Position numbers and translations under genes: made by a program. This document shows, one piece after another, positions 48,334 to 60,400 of a stretch of 64,000 nucleotides of DNA; position 1 is the first letter of the stretch, and each line of letters begins with the position of its first letter. This stretch comes from Octopus sinensis. Its lineage: Eukaryota. The notes under the pieces were generated by a model, which worked only from the letters and a program-made list of their open reading frames with translations, had not been told where the DNA came from and did not search any database. The stretch spans positions 76,942,001 to 77,006,000 of the forward strand of contig NC_043004.1 of NCBI RefSeq assembly GCF_006345805.1, in the 5' to 3' direction.

Positions 48334-49494
48334 AGTTGGAGAGAATCCTATTCCGCTTTTTGTGGAAAGGAGGAAAGCCACTTGTAAAGCGCTCTGTCTG
48401 CTGCCAGAAACCGCTAAAGGGTGGGCTAGGGATGCCTTGGCTGAAGATGCGAAAATTCGCGTTAAGGTTGAGGCACCTCTGGCTTTACCTGGATGGAGAG
48501 CAGGTGTAGTCACCTAACGTTCGGTTCTACCTTCCGCAATTAACGTCCTTAACGGACATTTGTAATTGGATCAAGCAGAGACCTAGGCTGGGGGACTGGC
48601 AATTGGACAAGCTGTCAAGGCACGGAAGTGCCGTCTCGTCGACATGTCCGCGATGTGAGCGGGATAGGGAAACCTATTTCTTTACTACCCACAAGGGGCT
48701 AAACACAGAGGGGACAAACAAGGACAAGGGGATCAAGTCGATTATATCGACCCCAGTGCGTCACTGGTACTTAATTTATCGACCTCGAAAGGATGAAAGG
48801 CAAAATCGACTTCGGCGGAATTTGAACTCAGAACGTAGCGCTAGATGAAATACCGCAAAGCATTTCGCGCGGCGTGCTAACGTTTCTTCCAGCTCGCCGC
48901 CTTGAGCGGGATAGGGAAACCGTCTTGCACGCATTCGTGGAGTGCCCGGAGTTATCGGGACTGATTGCTTTTGCCGAACAACTGTTGTCAGTGAGTGGAA
49001 GAGTACAGATATCAGCGGAGTCTATCATTGAGATTGTGCCACCTCCCTTCCTCAGCAGGGAAAGGAAAGCTTGTTTTTCCTGCGTAGTAGCCATATTGAA
49101 AGAAACAGTATGGAAGACGCGTACGAAAGGTATAGTGACAGGTACCTTTGTATCCGGCCAGGGGCTGGTTAACATTTTTAGTTACCACCTCAGGCTGAAG
49201 AAGAGGTGTCTGTCACGAGATATGTTTGTGAAAAGATGGAAGTCTGTAGCTTGCAAGCTGGGTATATTTGGCACCAGGTAAGTGTGGCCGGATCTTGAAG
49301 TAAAGGTTCTACCCAGATGGCTGGGTTCCTTGCCCTACTGTGTAATATTAAATTTGTAAACTTTATATTGTAAATACTGTACACATTATATTGTAAATAC
49401 TAAAACGTTTTAAGCTACTACACCCTATATGTTTGTCTGTATTTGTACGTCCCCTCTGTGTAACGCCTTAATGGCGAATCTTCATGAAATAAAA
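48334..49494 (+). mobile_element. 5'-truncated Tx1/L1-clade LINE (ORF2 C-terminus with zinc knuckle, 3' UTR)
   Basis: LFRFLWKGGKPLV...KGGLGMP; CPRC...ET|VLHAFVECP; 11-bp TSD TAGCTTGCTTA 48323-48333 and 49495-49505. Confidence 0.85.
48675..48902 (-). mobile_element. SINE family B inserted in the Tx1 zinc knuckle
   Basis: 19-bp TSD TGAGCGGGATAGGGAAACC 48656-48674 and 48903-48921. Confidence 0.92.
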
Positions 49495-49647
49495 TAGCTT
49501 GCTTACCAGCCAGACTGTTCCGGACTCAATCCCACTGCGTGACACCTTGGGCAAGTGTCTTCTACCATAAACTCGGGCCGATTAAAGCCTTGTGAGTGGA
49601 TTTAGTAGACGAAAACTGAAAGAAGCCCGTCGTATATATGTATATAT

Positions 49648-49784
<137 letters not shown>

Positions 49785-49985
49785 TGTTTGTGTTTGTCTC
49801 CCCAACATCGCTTGACTACCGATGCTGGTGTGTATACGCCCCCGTAACTTGGTGGTTCGGTAAAAGAGACCGATAGAATAAGTACTAGGCTTACAAAGAA
49901 TAAGTCCTGGGGTCGATTTGCTCGACTGAAGGCGGTGCTCCAGCATGGCCACAGTCACATGACTGAAACAAGTAAAAGAGAGATA

Positions 49986-50261
49986 TATATTTCTTTACTC
50001 GATTGTTAGATCAGGATTATGAGACTGACGCGCTGCCTACTGCGCTACCGGGGCTAAATATAGAGGGGACAAACAAGGACAGACAAACGGATTAAGTCGA
50101 TTACATCAACCCCAGTGCGTAACTAGTACTTAATTTATCGACCCCGAAAGGACGAAAGGCAAAGTCGACCTGGGCGGAATTTGAACTCAGAACGTAACGG
50201 CAGACGAAATACGGCTACGCATTTCGCCCGGCGTGCTAACGTTTCTTCCAGCTCGCCGCCT
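49986..50261 (-). mobile_element. SINE family B with a tRNA fragment in its tail
   Basis: Family B body 50050-50261; tail end TATTTCTTTACT at 49988-49999. Confidence 0.85.
50011..50054 (-). pseudogene. 5' half of elongator tRNA-Met(CAT), retro-captured fragment
   Basis: GCCCCGGTAGCGCAGTAGGCAGCGCGTCAGTCTCATAATCCTGA closely matches metazoan tRNA-Met(e) nt 1-43 with one extra C; anticodon CAT at 50021-50019. Confidence 0.8.
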
Positions 50262-51497
50262 TTAAAAGAGATATATATATTTAAAGTTATCTCCTTAGAC
50301 TTTCTATAGAAACTAAAGCCAGTACTGCATGTTACGACATTTCATTTAGGAATACATCTATGTAAATGATCGAATACATTACTTAAATGGCTACAAAGAT
50401 TTAGTGGTGTTCGTGGATGGTTAATGGGTCGGGTGCGGTGATGAGAAGGAACGATAACTCCTGAAATATGCATATACACCCACTCATGATGATGACATTT
50501 ATTACATGATAGACGCTGCTAACGCAGGTGGTACACCGTTTTGATTTACAAACTTTAAATTCACTTGATATATATCTTTCAGGTGATGATGAAAACAAAA
50601 TTGTAATTCGTAACTTAAACGTAGTTTGATTTTAAGAATTTTAACCAATGAAATCGCAGCATTCGAGCTCAAATTATTTACCTCTTCTTCTTCTGTCTTC
50701 TACATGTGCTAGAAATAACAGCTATATCTCTTAAATCGATTAATTTCGTCGCCCAATAAAAATATTAACGATATTTTTTGAATATTTTCTTTATTTTTTT
50801 TTACCGAAAAGGCTTCTCCCATGGTTTTGAAGGGCCAAAAACAACAAAAACAAAACAATAATATGCCTAAGTGGCAAAGCACGAACGTGTATTTTTGCTT
50901 GTGTGCGTATATGTATATGTCCGTTTGTATGTGTGTGTACGCTTATATATTAATTACTATGTGCTTGTGCAAATGTGTGTGTGTGTGGGGGGGGGGGCGT
51001 CTGCTATATTTCTTTATCAATATCGATAACGCAGCAATGCTGGGATTTCATTGGTTAAAATTCGAAGATGTTGGGATTTCATTGGTTAAAATTCGTAAAA
51101 ATTAAACTACGTTTAAGTTACGAATAACAATTTTGTTTTCAATTTTGTTTACAATAATGTTTTCTTTTGACACATTCTACCAGTATACGAAGTTTCAAAT
51201 TTTTTAGTTAACTAGGAAAATCTGGCCTTCAAAATGAAAAGATCCAACTTTGGTTCTTATAACTAACGAGGCCAACCTTAAAACAACACAGAGATTGGAT
51301 TCTTTATATAAATAGGATATTGTTTCCTAACGTCTCATTTCACACTCAAGTTGAAGGTGAAGGCTAGTGTAAAATGACAGTAACGGCAGTTTCTCATTCT
51401 GTTTTAAAACACAGCAATTACAATTATTATTCTCATATCATCATGAAACACTAGAATATATTTCTAAATTTACCAAAACATCAAACTTTTCTATGAA

Positions 51498-51732
51498 TCT
51501 CTCTATATTTAAACGGGAAAATGTCTGTCTGTGTATGTGTTCTTTATACAAATCCACAATTTTTCAGTTAGAGGGCTCGCACTTTCTATGGTCATTCAAA
51601 ACCGTCCAATGGTGGTCGTGCACATCTTTACATTTCCCCAGTTGGACAGTACTCGCGTGTATGTGCGCACGTACGTAGCTGTATATGCATGCACTAGTAC
51701 TATGACCCGGCAACGCCGGGTCATAGTGCTAG
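51498..51732 (+). mobile_element. Non-autonomous Helitron
   Basis: A|TC start, (CTGT) repeat near the 5' end, 11-bp hairpin CTATGACCCGG/CCGGGTCATAG 51700-51726, CTAG|T end. Confidence 0.8.
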
Positions 51733-52477
51733 TTACCCATAAGGTGCATCATGGTTCAATGAATCAAAGGCCTTTGATGTATCACTAAAGGAATGATAGA
51801 AGTTAATCCTCTGCTCAATGTCGACTGGATTTCATCATATTACAGTATAACTGTTTCACGATTCAGTAGTTAGCTAACTTGCTTGCAAGTATTTAAAGTA
51901 ATCAACTTGCTTGTAAATATATAAACCAGATTTTACAAATTTAATACAAAAACTGTCCAATGGTGGTTGTGCACATCTTTACATTTCCCCAGTCACCCGG
52001 CAAAGCCATTAAAAAATCAAAAGAAGTGACTTTTTTGTGAATTTTCTATCCAAAACCCAATAAAAATGCCGAAACGCCAATTGAATGCCAGCTAGCTGTA
52101 TGTGATTGGTCGGAGATTTGGACAGTACTCGCGTGTATGTGCGCACGTACGTAGCTGTATATACATGCACTAGTACTATGACCCGGCAACATCATGGTTC
52201 AAGGCGCATCATGGTTCAATGAATCAAAGGCCTTTGATGTATCACTAAAGGAATGATAGAAGTTAATCCTCTGCTCAATGTCGTCTGGATTTCATCATAT
52301 TACAGACACATCTTCCAGAGGTTTCCCCAGGTGTTAACAGATTATAACCTATGAACAGTAAAGCATCTCCCGTACTTGATACCACCTCTACAGTCTTAAT
52401 AATCAACAGATATTGATTCTTCAGTAAAAGTTTTTTTTTGTCGAGGAGGCAAAGAAAAATGATTGATATTAGAAGTC

Positions 52478-53013
52478 TTATAGGCACAGGAGTGGTTATT
52501 ATAAGCACAGGAGTGGTTATTATAGGCGCAGGAGTGGCTGTGTGATAAGTAGCTTGCTTACCAGCCACATGGTTTTGGGTTCATCCCCACTGCGTAGCAC
52601 CTTGGGCAAGTGTCTTCTACTATAGCCTCGGGCCTACCAAAACCTTGTGAGTGAATTTGGTAGACGGAAACTGAAAGAAGCCCGTCGTGTCTTATCACCG
52701 AAAAGGTAATTATTTTTCCACGCTTGCTGATATTGTTTTTGTGTCTCTCTTTTTGTCTCAAAGCCGTAGGGCGCCTGTGTCATCCATGTTTTTAACCGTT
52801 ACTGTCTCCAAAAAAGATTTTTCGTTTCATGTTCGTCTCTGTTGCGTTGCATTCTTTCCTTCTGTGGCTGGCTGATTCGGAGCGGATCTCAGAATTGAAC
52901 GGCCGAAATCTGCGATGAGGGATCAGTTTCTGACTGAAGAATGAAGGCTTTGAATGACCCGTTTGTCTTTTTGTTCGCCCCTTCGTGTATTTCACGTTAT
53001 TTATTTATGTAAA

Positions 53014-53073
<60 letters not shown>

Positions 53074-53300
53074 TATATATATATGTGTGTGTGTGTCTGT
53101 GTTAGTGTTTGTCTCCCAACACCGCTTGACTACCGATGCTGGTTTATTTACGTCCCCGTCACTTAGCGGTTCGGCAAGAGAGAATAAGTACTAGTCTTAC
53201 AAAGAATAAGTCCTGGGGTCGATTTGCTCGAGTAAAGGCGGTGCTCCAGCATGGTCACAGTCAAATGACTGAAACAAATAAAATAAAAGTAAAAGTAAAA
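52478..53300 (+). mobile_element. SINE family A with triplicated 5' end and a ~300-bp unknown insert
   Basis: 21-bp TTATAGGCACAGGAGTGGTTA units at 52478, 52499, 52520; body split at 52690-53000. Confidence 0.75.
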
Positions 53301-53557
53301 ATCTTTATCGACCTTGGATGAATGATACGTAAATTTTACTCAAACAGGTTTTTAAACTTTCAACCGTAAAACAATAGAATAAATGGAATATATCGCTCAG
53401 TCAAACATTCTCGTCTTAATTCACATTTCTAGCAAAGAAACTTATTAATTTATATAGGAATATATTAGAATATTGATTTGTTTTTGTAAAGGATCATTTT
53501 GAATTGATTGAATAATTTATTACTGGTACAGATTTTGCCCACCTTCTTGAGTGATGG

Positions 53558-53771
53558 GCAGTTAACACGCCGAGCGAAATGCATAGCCGTATTTCGTCTG
53601 CCGTTACGTTCTGAGTTCAAATTCCGCCGAGGTCGACTTTGCCTTTCATCCTTTCGGGGTCGATAAATAAATTACCAGTTACTCACTGGAGTCGATATAA
53701 TCGACTTAATCCGTTTGTCTGTCCTTGTTTGTCCTTTCTGTGTTTAGCCCCTTGTGGGAAGTAAAGAAATA
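53558..53771 (+). mobile_element. SINE family B
   Basis: Family consensus, slightly 5'-truncated. Confidence 0.85.
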
Positions 53772-54106
53772 GATATATTGTAGAATGTTCAGAAAACAAA
53801 CTAAATATTTTTAAACATTTGCCCCTTTCTCTTTACTTGTCCATCAGTGAATACGTGTTTCACTAGGAGTTCTGCTACGTTCACAAATTTCCTTGATGCA
53901 GTTCTGTGTCCCGGCTGTGTTTAGTGAAGGCTCTGACCATTTTGACACAACTAGGATACATTACAGAAAGATGAAGATCTCAGAGCTATCACTCCGACCC
54001 AATCAAACATGAACTCTTCGTTATCGCCATCCTCTGGTACATTTTGGAAACATTCTAACTGAAAAAGCTGAAAAAAAAAACACCGGTCACTTTTAGTGCG
54101 TCCCTT

Positions 54107-54531
54107 GGATCTTTTCGGTTTGACCGGCAGTTTTTTCTAGCGGTGTCATAAGAAATTGTCACCCATAATTGTAACCCTAGTATCGATCTATTGCTTTTCA
54201 ATCTGTTTTAGTTAGAGTTAGGGTTAGGGTTAGGGGTAGGGAGAAGGGTATATTTTTTTCTTCAGAAATGTAAATAAACCCAATCTGTTTCTTAAACGAG
54301 GGACATATTCATACGGCACAGAATGTTTTCACCTCAACAGACGTCATTGATTGGTTGAAATTGCAGAAATTGAAGAAAAAACAACAAATATCTTACAAAC
54401 TATAGAATTTTCGCAATAAAGCCAAGAGATAAAGATGTTTTATTAACACATTCTACCAGTATACGAAGTTTTAAAGTGTTTAGTTAGGTGGAAATTATTT
54501 TAAAAAACTGCTGGTCAAAGCGAAAAGATCC
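54107..54531. mobile_element. MITE with 29-bp GG-starting TIRs and 8-bp TSD (Merlin-like)
   Basis: GGATCTTTTCGGTTTGACCGGCAGTTTTT versus AAAAACTGCTGGTCAAAGCGAAAAGATCC (27/29); flanks CGTCCCTT and CGTCCTTT; related right end at ~51165-51245. Confidence 0.75.
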
Positions 54532-55847
54532 CGTCCTTTTCTCTTAGAAGATAATTACATTTGCATACCAGTGGTAATCGATTGAAAGTTATTTGACCTC
54601 GTCAGAAACACAATACAACAGCAAAAATGAGATGCAAACTGCAGAACATTCGGCTAACATCTTAATGACTCAAACAGCAAAGGTTTTTGTATTAAATTTG
54701 TAAAATCTGGTTTGTATATTTACAAGCAAGTTGATTACTTTAAATACTTGCAAGCAAGTTAGCTAACTACTGAATCGTGAAACAGTTATACTATAGAAAT
54801 ACCAATGTTTCGACTCAGTGATTACTCCGTTTCTATTCTAAGCAATCGTATATAAACATGTGTCGTATACTATCAACGTATTGATTCATTTTGAGCACGG
54901 CTAATGTTCTCACGCATTGTTTCAAGAAATGGTACAATGAACAGGCTTCAACTTCCTTTCTCACTGCATCTACTCATTCTTCATAAAAAACGTATGTTGT
55001 CTTTTCTCCTGGCCTTTGATTATCGTTCGGTGGTTTCGGCTATTAGTAATGAAAATATTTTCAACAGAAAATAATACGCAAGTATGCCAACTAGATATGA
55101 GCTGCAGATAATCTACCGATAAATCCAGACGTCATTATGGGAAGAGTTCAAAATAAATTTTATATATTTCATTGTTTGTGGGAATTTGTTAAAGAGCGAT
55201 TATTTACGAGGGTAATTGTCGTTTATTTTTCTCCGTGAAATCTCATAAATGAATGGATAAATAAATAAATAGATCGAATATCATATGTAATTTTAGGTCT
55301 TCTATATATTTAGTAATTATTTAGTATATAAATACAACCGATGTTCTTGCTGAGCTATTTCTTTTACGGTAGGCATTTCCCTCAATTAACAGACCAGAGT
55401 ATGACAATTTTTCGCCGAGGATATTTGATAGGACCAAAACATGTTCCGAGTTGCCAGCGTATCTACCAAAAATACGGTACACCCCTCACTGCATGCTTCA
55501 AATCAGTTTAAAATAATTTAGGTAGTTTGAGTCATTATTATGAGGATCCATCTGGATTCGATCGTTCGTGTTGGTTGACCAAAAATCACATGGTCACGGT
55601 TGATGAGGAGATATTTCGTAGGACTGAGACGCTACTGGAAGGGTCGCCAGGGCGCGAAATTTTTTTCCCACGAGAATTCCGGACCCTAGTGATGAACTCA
55701 TTTGCATACAGCCAATCAGAGCTCACCTTGAAAATCCGCATACTGTGTACTACTATATAGTACAGCGATACAGAATGGTGTATGTCACTCTGTGAGTACA
55801 GCATAGCAGGTTTCACATAAACACCACATCCCCCACACCACCACCAT

Positions 55848-55899
<52 letters not shown>

Positions 55900-56460
55900 G
55901 AACTTTTGAGTACCATCTCTATATGGAGCTAGCATTAGGTACCTATGCTCAGAATGAGATTAGTGATACTGCATGTACCCATTGATATATGCAAGGAGGA
56001 CGCAATACGACACAACGCCATATTGATTACGATGTTTCCAGATCAAAACCAACATTTTGAATTACGAATATACAAAATCAGTCAAAAAATTAGGAAACTA
56101 CACTCATTTACATTTTCTAGTAAATTACGCAAATTGGCAACACTTATGGCATCATCGGTGAGCAGCACTCCGTTCACTTTAAACACTAAATTTCACATTT
56201 GTCACTCCCATTAAACCCGTTTAGCTCAATTTCACGCACGAAAATATACACACTGTAGCTGAGCACATTTTGTACGTAAGTTGTAAATAAATAACTATAG
56301 AACTCCAAAATAAATCGACTACTGATGAATTTATATATACTAAATTTCGAGCTGACAAGCTTGGGTAAATGGTGGGCGGAATGTGTATCGTTATCTTAAG
56401 CGAATCTAACTTGCTGTACATACATACATGCATGCATACATACATACATACATACATACA

Positions 56461-56496
<36 letters not shown>

Positions 56497-56524
56497 TATA
56501 ATATATATATATATAATATATATA

Positions 56525-56555
<31 letters not shown>

Positions 56556-57099
56556 ATATATATGTATATATATAAAAGATAAAGAAAATATTTCTCTAGC
56601 GTTCGCTATTTTTACCCTCGTTCAGGTCGAACGAACTTTCGTTCGGTATCCTTGTTTGTCTCCACTGTCCTGTTTTTGTTCCCAACTCTAACCCTAGTAT
56701 AAATCACAATTTCATGCTCAATTTTTTTCTCTGAGTAGGACTTTTTATTTAGAGACATATATATCTGAAGATGAGGCATATTCCTGGAATACCACAAACT
56801 AACTTCTATTTCTCGTCAGTTCAAATTCTGATGAAAATAAGTTAACTATGGTAGCATCCCAAAATCTATTATTATTTTGAAATCTAAATACAAAATCTAT
56901 ATTATACAAATTAAGCAGCTATTAAGAATATGAAACTATATAGATACAAGGAAACGCAAATTGTAGGCTGTGTCCTACATTGCACTGACTTGGAGCCACT
57001 ACAGTTCATAGTGGCTTTCTCAGATAGTGGCTTTCTCAAGCACTAGAAAACCACCTCACAAGCTATACAGATGAAATACGAGGTTCGGAGAACCCTGAA

Positions 57100-57405
57100 C
57101 ATCCCATTCACCAGCAACAAGTGTTAAATGCGAGATATAAGTTTGCTGAAGACAATAATATGCAGTATAACACTGAAAAGCTCCACGCACTACACTATCA
57201 GTAGGCAAAGCTAAATGTAAAACACACGAAATACATTAGACCAGGAAGGATTGCAGTCCGATCGTCACAATCAGTGCATGACCTGTGTATTGACATGAAC
57301 ATACTACTAAGTTGACAATAAAATTCAGGCAGCTAGTGGGACTCATTCTGAGAACTTTCGGGACGATAGGGCAGGAAACTTTGAGAATCCTCAGGAGGAT
57401 TCTCG
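57100..57405 (+). pseudogene. CR1-like LINE RT fragment
   Basis: LNARYKFAEDNNMQYNTEKLHALHY...SVHDLCIDM; LVGLILRTF. Confidence 0.6.
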
Positions 57406-57688
57406 GAGAATCCTCGGGGTCGATTAAATAAGTACCAGTTACGCACTGGGGTCGATATAATCGACTTAATCCGTTTGTCTGTCCTTGTTTGTCCAAGTAG
57501 TGCCTTAATGCTTTTTGCTGGATTTTACTTCGAGAAAGGAACCCTGAGGAAGGAGGGCTGAATTTCGAATACTTCGTACAACCACTTTTCTGAAACGGCT
57601 TCAGGTTAGGAAAAAAAATTTAATCGCCTCTTTCAATTTAGGTTTTTATATTTCATATTTATATTCGTATTTCATTGTTATGTTTATA

Positions 57689-58243
57689 TTGGGTTGTCTG
57701 GAAAGTTCGTTCCGATTTTTAAAGGAAAGTAAAGGTCACTAAATACTTGCCATTACTTTTTTAATGAACCAAATCTGAACCATTTCGTTACACAATACGT
57801 CTCCATCTTTCCTTTACCTTGAAAATACCCTCTTCCCAGAATTGGGGTGGTTTCAAGGCAAAGAATTCGTCAAGGTATCTTTTTACGTCATCTAAGGAAG
57901 TGAAATTTTTACCAATAAGACTTTTCTGCAGAGACCTGAATAAGTGGAAATCCGAAGGAGCAATATCTGCGGTGGGGGTAACACATCTCAGCCGAGCTGC
58001 AGCAATTTTTGTCTGGTTCTCAAAGCATCAAGTGCCGAAAATGAACTTTCTCATCTTTTATTTTAAAGGGTTACAGAATTAACACAGGTTATGGGAACAT
58101 AAACCTCCTTCCACGAAAAGATAGTTTAAACTGTGCTCTAAATGGAGGTGTAGTCAAATCCTATTTTATGGACTCAAACATGTTCTAAAATAAGTCGAAA
58201 GATAAGCTACTATAAATCGGCACGAACTTTCCGGACAACCCAA
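57689..58243 (-). mobile_element. Internally deleted mariner
   Basis: TA-flanked 30-bp TIRs TTGGGTTGTC(T/C)GGAAAGTTCGT(T/G)CCGATTT; DIAPSDFHLFRSL...FWEEGI...RW. Confidence 0.88.
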
Positions 58244-58349
58244 TATTTCTATATTTTTATCATGAAACTCTTAATATAAATATGTGTATATTCGTATGGA
58301 ATAATACCTCATGTGCTACATCTGAATTTTCTTGTCTGAACGTTTATAT

Positions 58350-58516
58350 TACGTTCTGAGTTCAAATTCCGCCGAGATCGACTTTGCCTTTCATCCTTTC
58401 GCAGTCGATAAATTAAGTACCAGTTACGCACTGGGTCGATGTAATCGACTCAATCCGTTTGTCTGTCCTTGTTTGTCCCCTCTATGTTTAGCCCCTTGTA
58501 GGCAGTAAAGAAATAT
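58350..58516 (+). mobile_element. SINE family B, 5'-truncated
   Basis: Family consensus. Confidence 0.8.
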
Positions 58517-58701
58517 ATATTAATTTAGCATTAGAATTCTTCAAGTTGTATAAAAATTGTTTGCATCATTCGAAAGAGAAATAAATTTTGCATAAGGTGT
58601 AAAAGATATAAACAATTTGTATGGTGTTAGTAACAAAATATTTTGTACGAAATAGAACTTTTATCGTCGGTCTAAAATATATTTTCGACAGTGTATATAT
58701 C

Positions 58702-59394
58702 TCAGGTCATCCCATAAGTTCTGTCCGAATTTTTGATAACGAATCCAAGTGATCAAATGTTACATTTAATTGAAAGTTAATCATCAATGTACTTTCCCTG
58801 ATTATCTATGACTTACTTCCATCTATTTACAAGCTTTTTAATCCCATCAATGTAAAACTCTTCTGGTTTCAAAGCGAAGAACTCTGAAATGTCAGGTTCA
58901 ACCTCCTCCTGGCTTACGAAAGTTGTGTCCCCCTAATAATTCTGTAAACTATGAAACAAATGGTATCCTGAATGAGTAAGGTCGGGAGAATAAGTTGGAT
59001 GAAGAAATTTTTCCAAACCGACCTCTTCGATCTTCTTGAAACCAAAAGAGTTTTACATTAAAACTCATGAGAGAACGTATTACCAGTCAGTGTGCTGAAA
59101 TTGATGGCAATGTAGACTTATTTAATCAAGTTCACCTGAATTTTGCAAGGCGCATCAAGTTAGGCACTGTATTTATTAACATTATAATTAAATAAAATTG
59201 TTTTGTTTTAAAAGTATGTGTTAATCCCCATGTACGCAGACTTTGTGGACACCCTCTATTATTGAATTAGTTTAAACGTACACAAATGCATAAAAATAAT
59301 TTTTAATTGAATTACACATTTGAAAATACTATTAAATTTCATTCAAATCTAAAAAAAAAAGGTAAAATTGGACAGAACTGATTGGATGACTTGA
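58702..59394 (-). mobile_element. Deleted mariner containing a second Tc1/mariner 3' fragment (~59060-59258)
   Basis: TIRs TCAGGTCATCCCATAAGTTCTGTCC / GGACAGAACTGATTGGATGACTTGA; HPTYSPDL..YHLF; inner piece RERITSQCAEID...NFARRIKL ending GGACACCCTCTA. Confidence 0.7.
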
Positions 59395-60059
59395 TATATA
59401 TAATCTATGATTTTCTAGTAGGTTTCAAGTTTATAACACCTTGATATCTTATGTTATCTCATTTTATATGCCTAAGACGTTTATTTTCTATTCTGGTTTT
59501 TATGTATTTCTATACATTATATTTGTATCTATAATTTATTTTAAGCCGAAATATAATACGATCCTTGTACAAACGAAAGAACAAGAATGTCCTCTGGCAC
59601 TTTTATCTTCCACCGGTGTTTGTAATCGATGGTGACATGTGCGATGATTTTTGCGACTATCTTATATTTTACAGAGAAATTGGAAACCCCGAATGTAAGC
59701 CACCACTTTATGCAAAATACAATATTTATAGTTCTCTATTTCTAACTCAAATTCTGTCCTCAATAATTATAGATCTCTATTTCTAAATGTAATTCTTTTT
59801 CTTCTCGTTCAGTTTATAACTATAACACGCATTCTTGACAAACTTTTTTTTCTCCGGCGTTCAGCACTTCACCTCGTTAGGGTTAAACAGCCCTTACCGA
59901 ATGTTTTCACTGTCCTGTTTTTGTTAGCAGCTTTGACGTCCCACGTATCTCAAACTTAATTTATTTGCTTTGGGGGAGCAATTGATTTGACGAAGACGCA
60001 TCTCGTTGCACTGCTCGCAATGCGGAGTAGGTAAATCTGCCAACAATTGCGGAAGGGTT

Positions 60060-60400
60060 GTTTTTTATGCTGCTGTGACGCTATAGTTCTCTATATATAA
60101 TGGAAATTCTCCCAACCCAACCCAACCCGACCCGACCCGAGCTCTGGTCGGCATAGCGTCTACTGTGGGCTGGTAGCTGTGAACAGTCGCCCCAATGCCG
60201 CCCAGAGCGAGCTCAATACACTCCATGGACCCTTAATAAGGCATGTGTAAAATTTGAATGAAATTAGTTTTGTAGTTCTCAAGTTTTAGGGATTCACACA
60301 GACAGACAGACACACATTCTCAGTTTCATATATCGATATACTAGCATTATGACCCTGTGTACAGTCGCCTCAATGTCGCCCAGAGCGCGCTCTGGCTGGT
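60060..60400 (-). mobile_element. Helitron-like non-autonomous pieces, head-to-tail
   Basis: (ACAG)n 5' module at 60290-60337; minus strand CAGGGTCATAATGCTAG|T 3' end at 60341-60357; related module 61702-61820. Confidence 0.55.

Noticed and set aside
50401-50598. ORF with CKSKRCTTC, reminiscent of a PLE cysteine motif
   Set aside because: Too short and no GIY-YIG motifs follow.
53965-54058. Possible minus-strand host exon (strong poly-T CAG acceptor, LECFQNVPEDGDNEEFMFDWVGVIAL...)
   Set aside because: No recognisable homology, weak donor and no partner exons; needs RNA-seq or BLASTX.
54208-54241. Telomere or telomere-healing site
   Set aside because: Only about three perfect units and enclosed by MITE TIRs.
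54540-56430. CpG-retaining unique-looking sequence with short ORFs and a CAAG|GTGAGC donor
   Set aside because: No protein or RNA family recognisable and no consistent exon chain; left unannotated.
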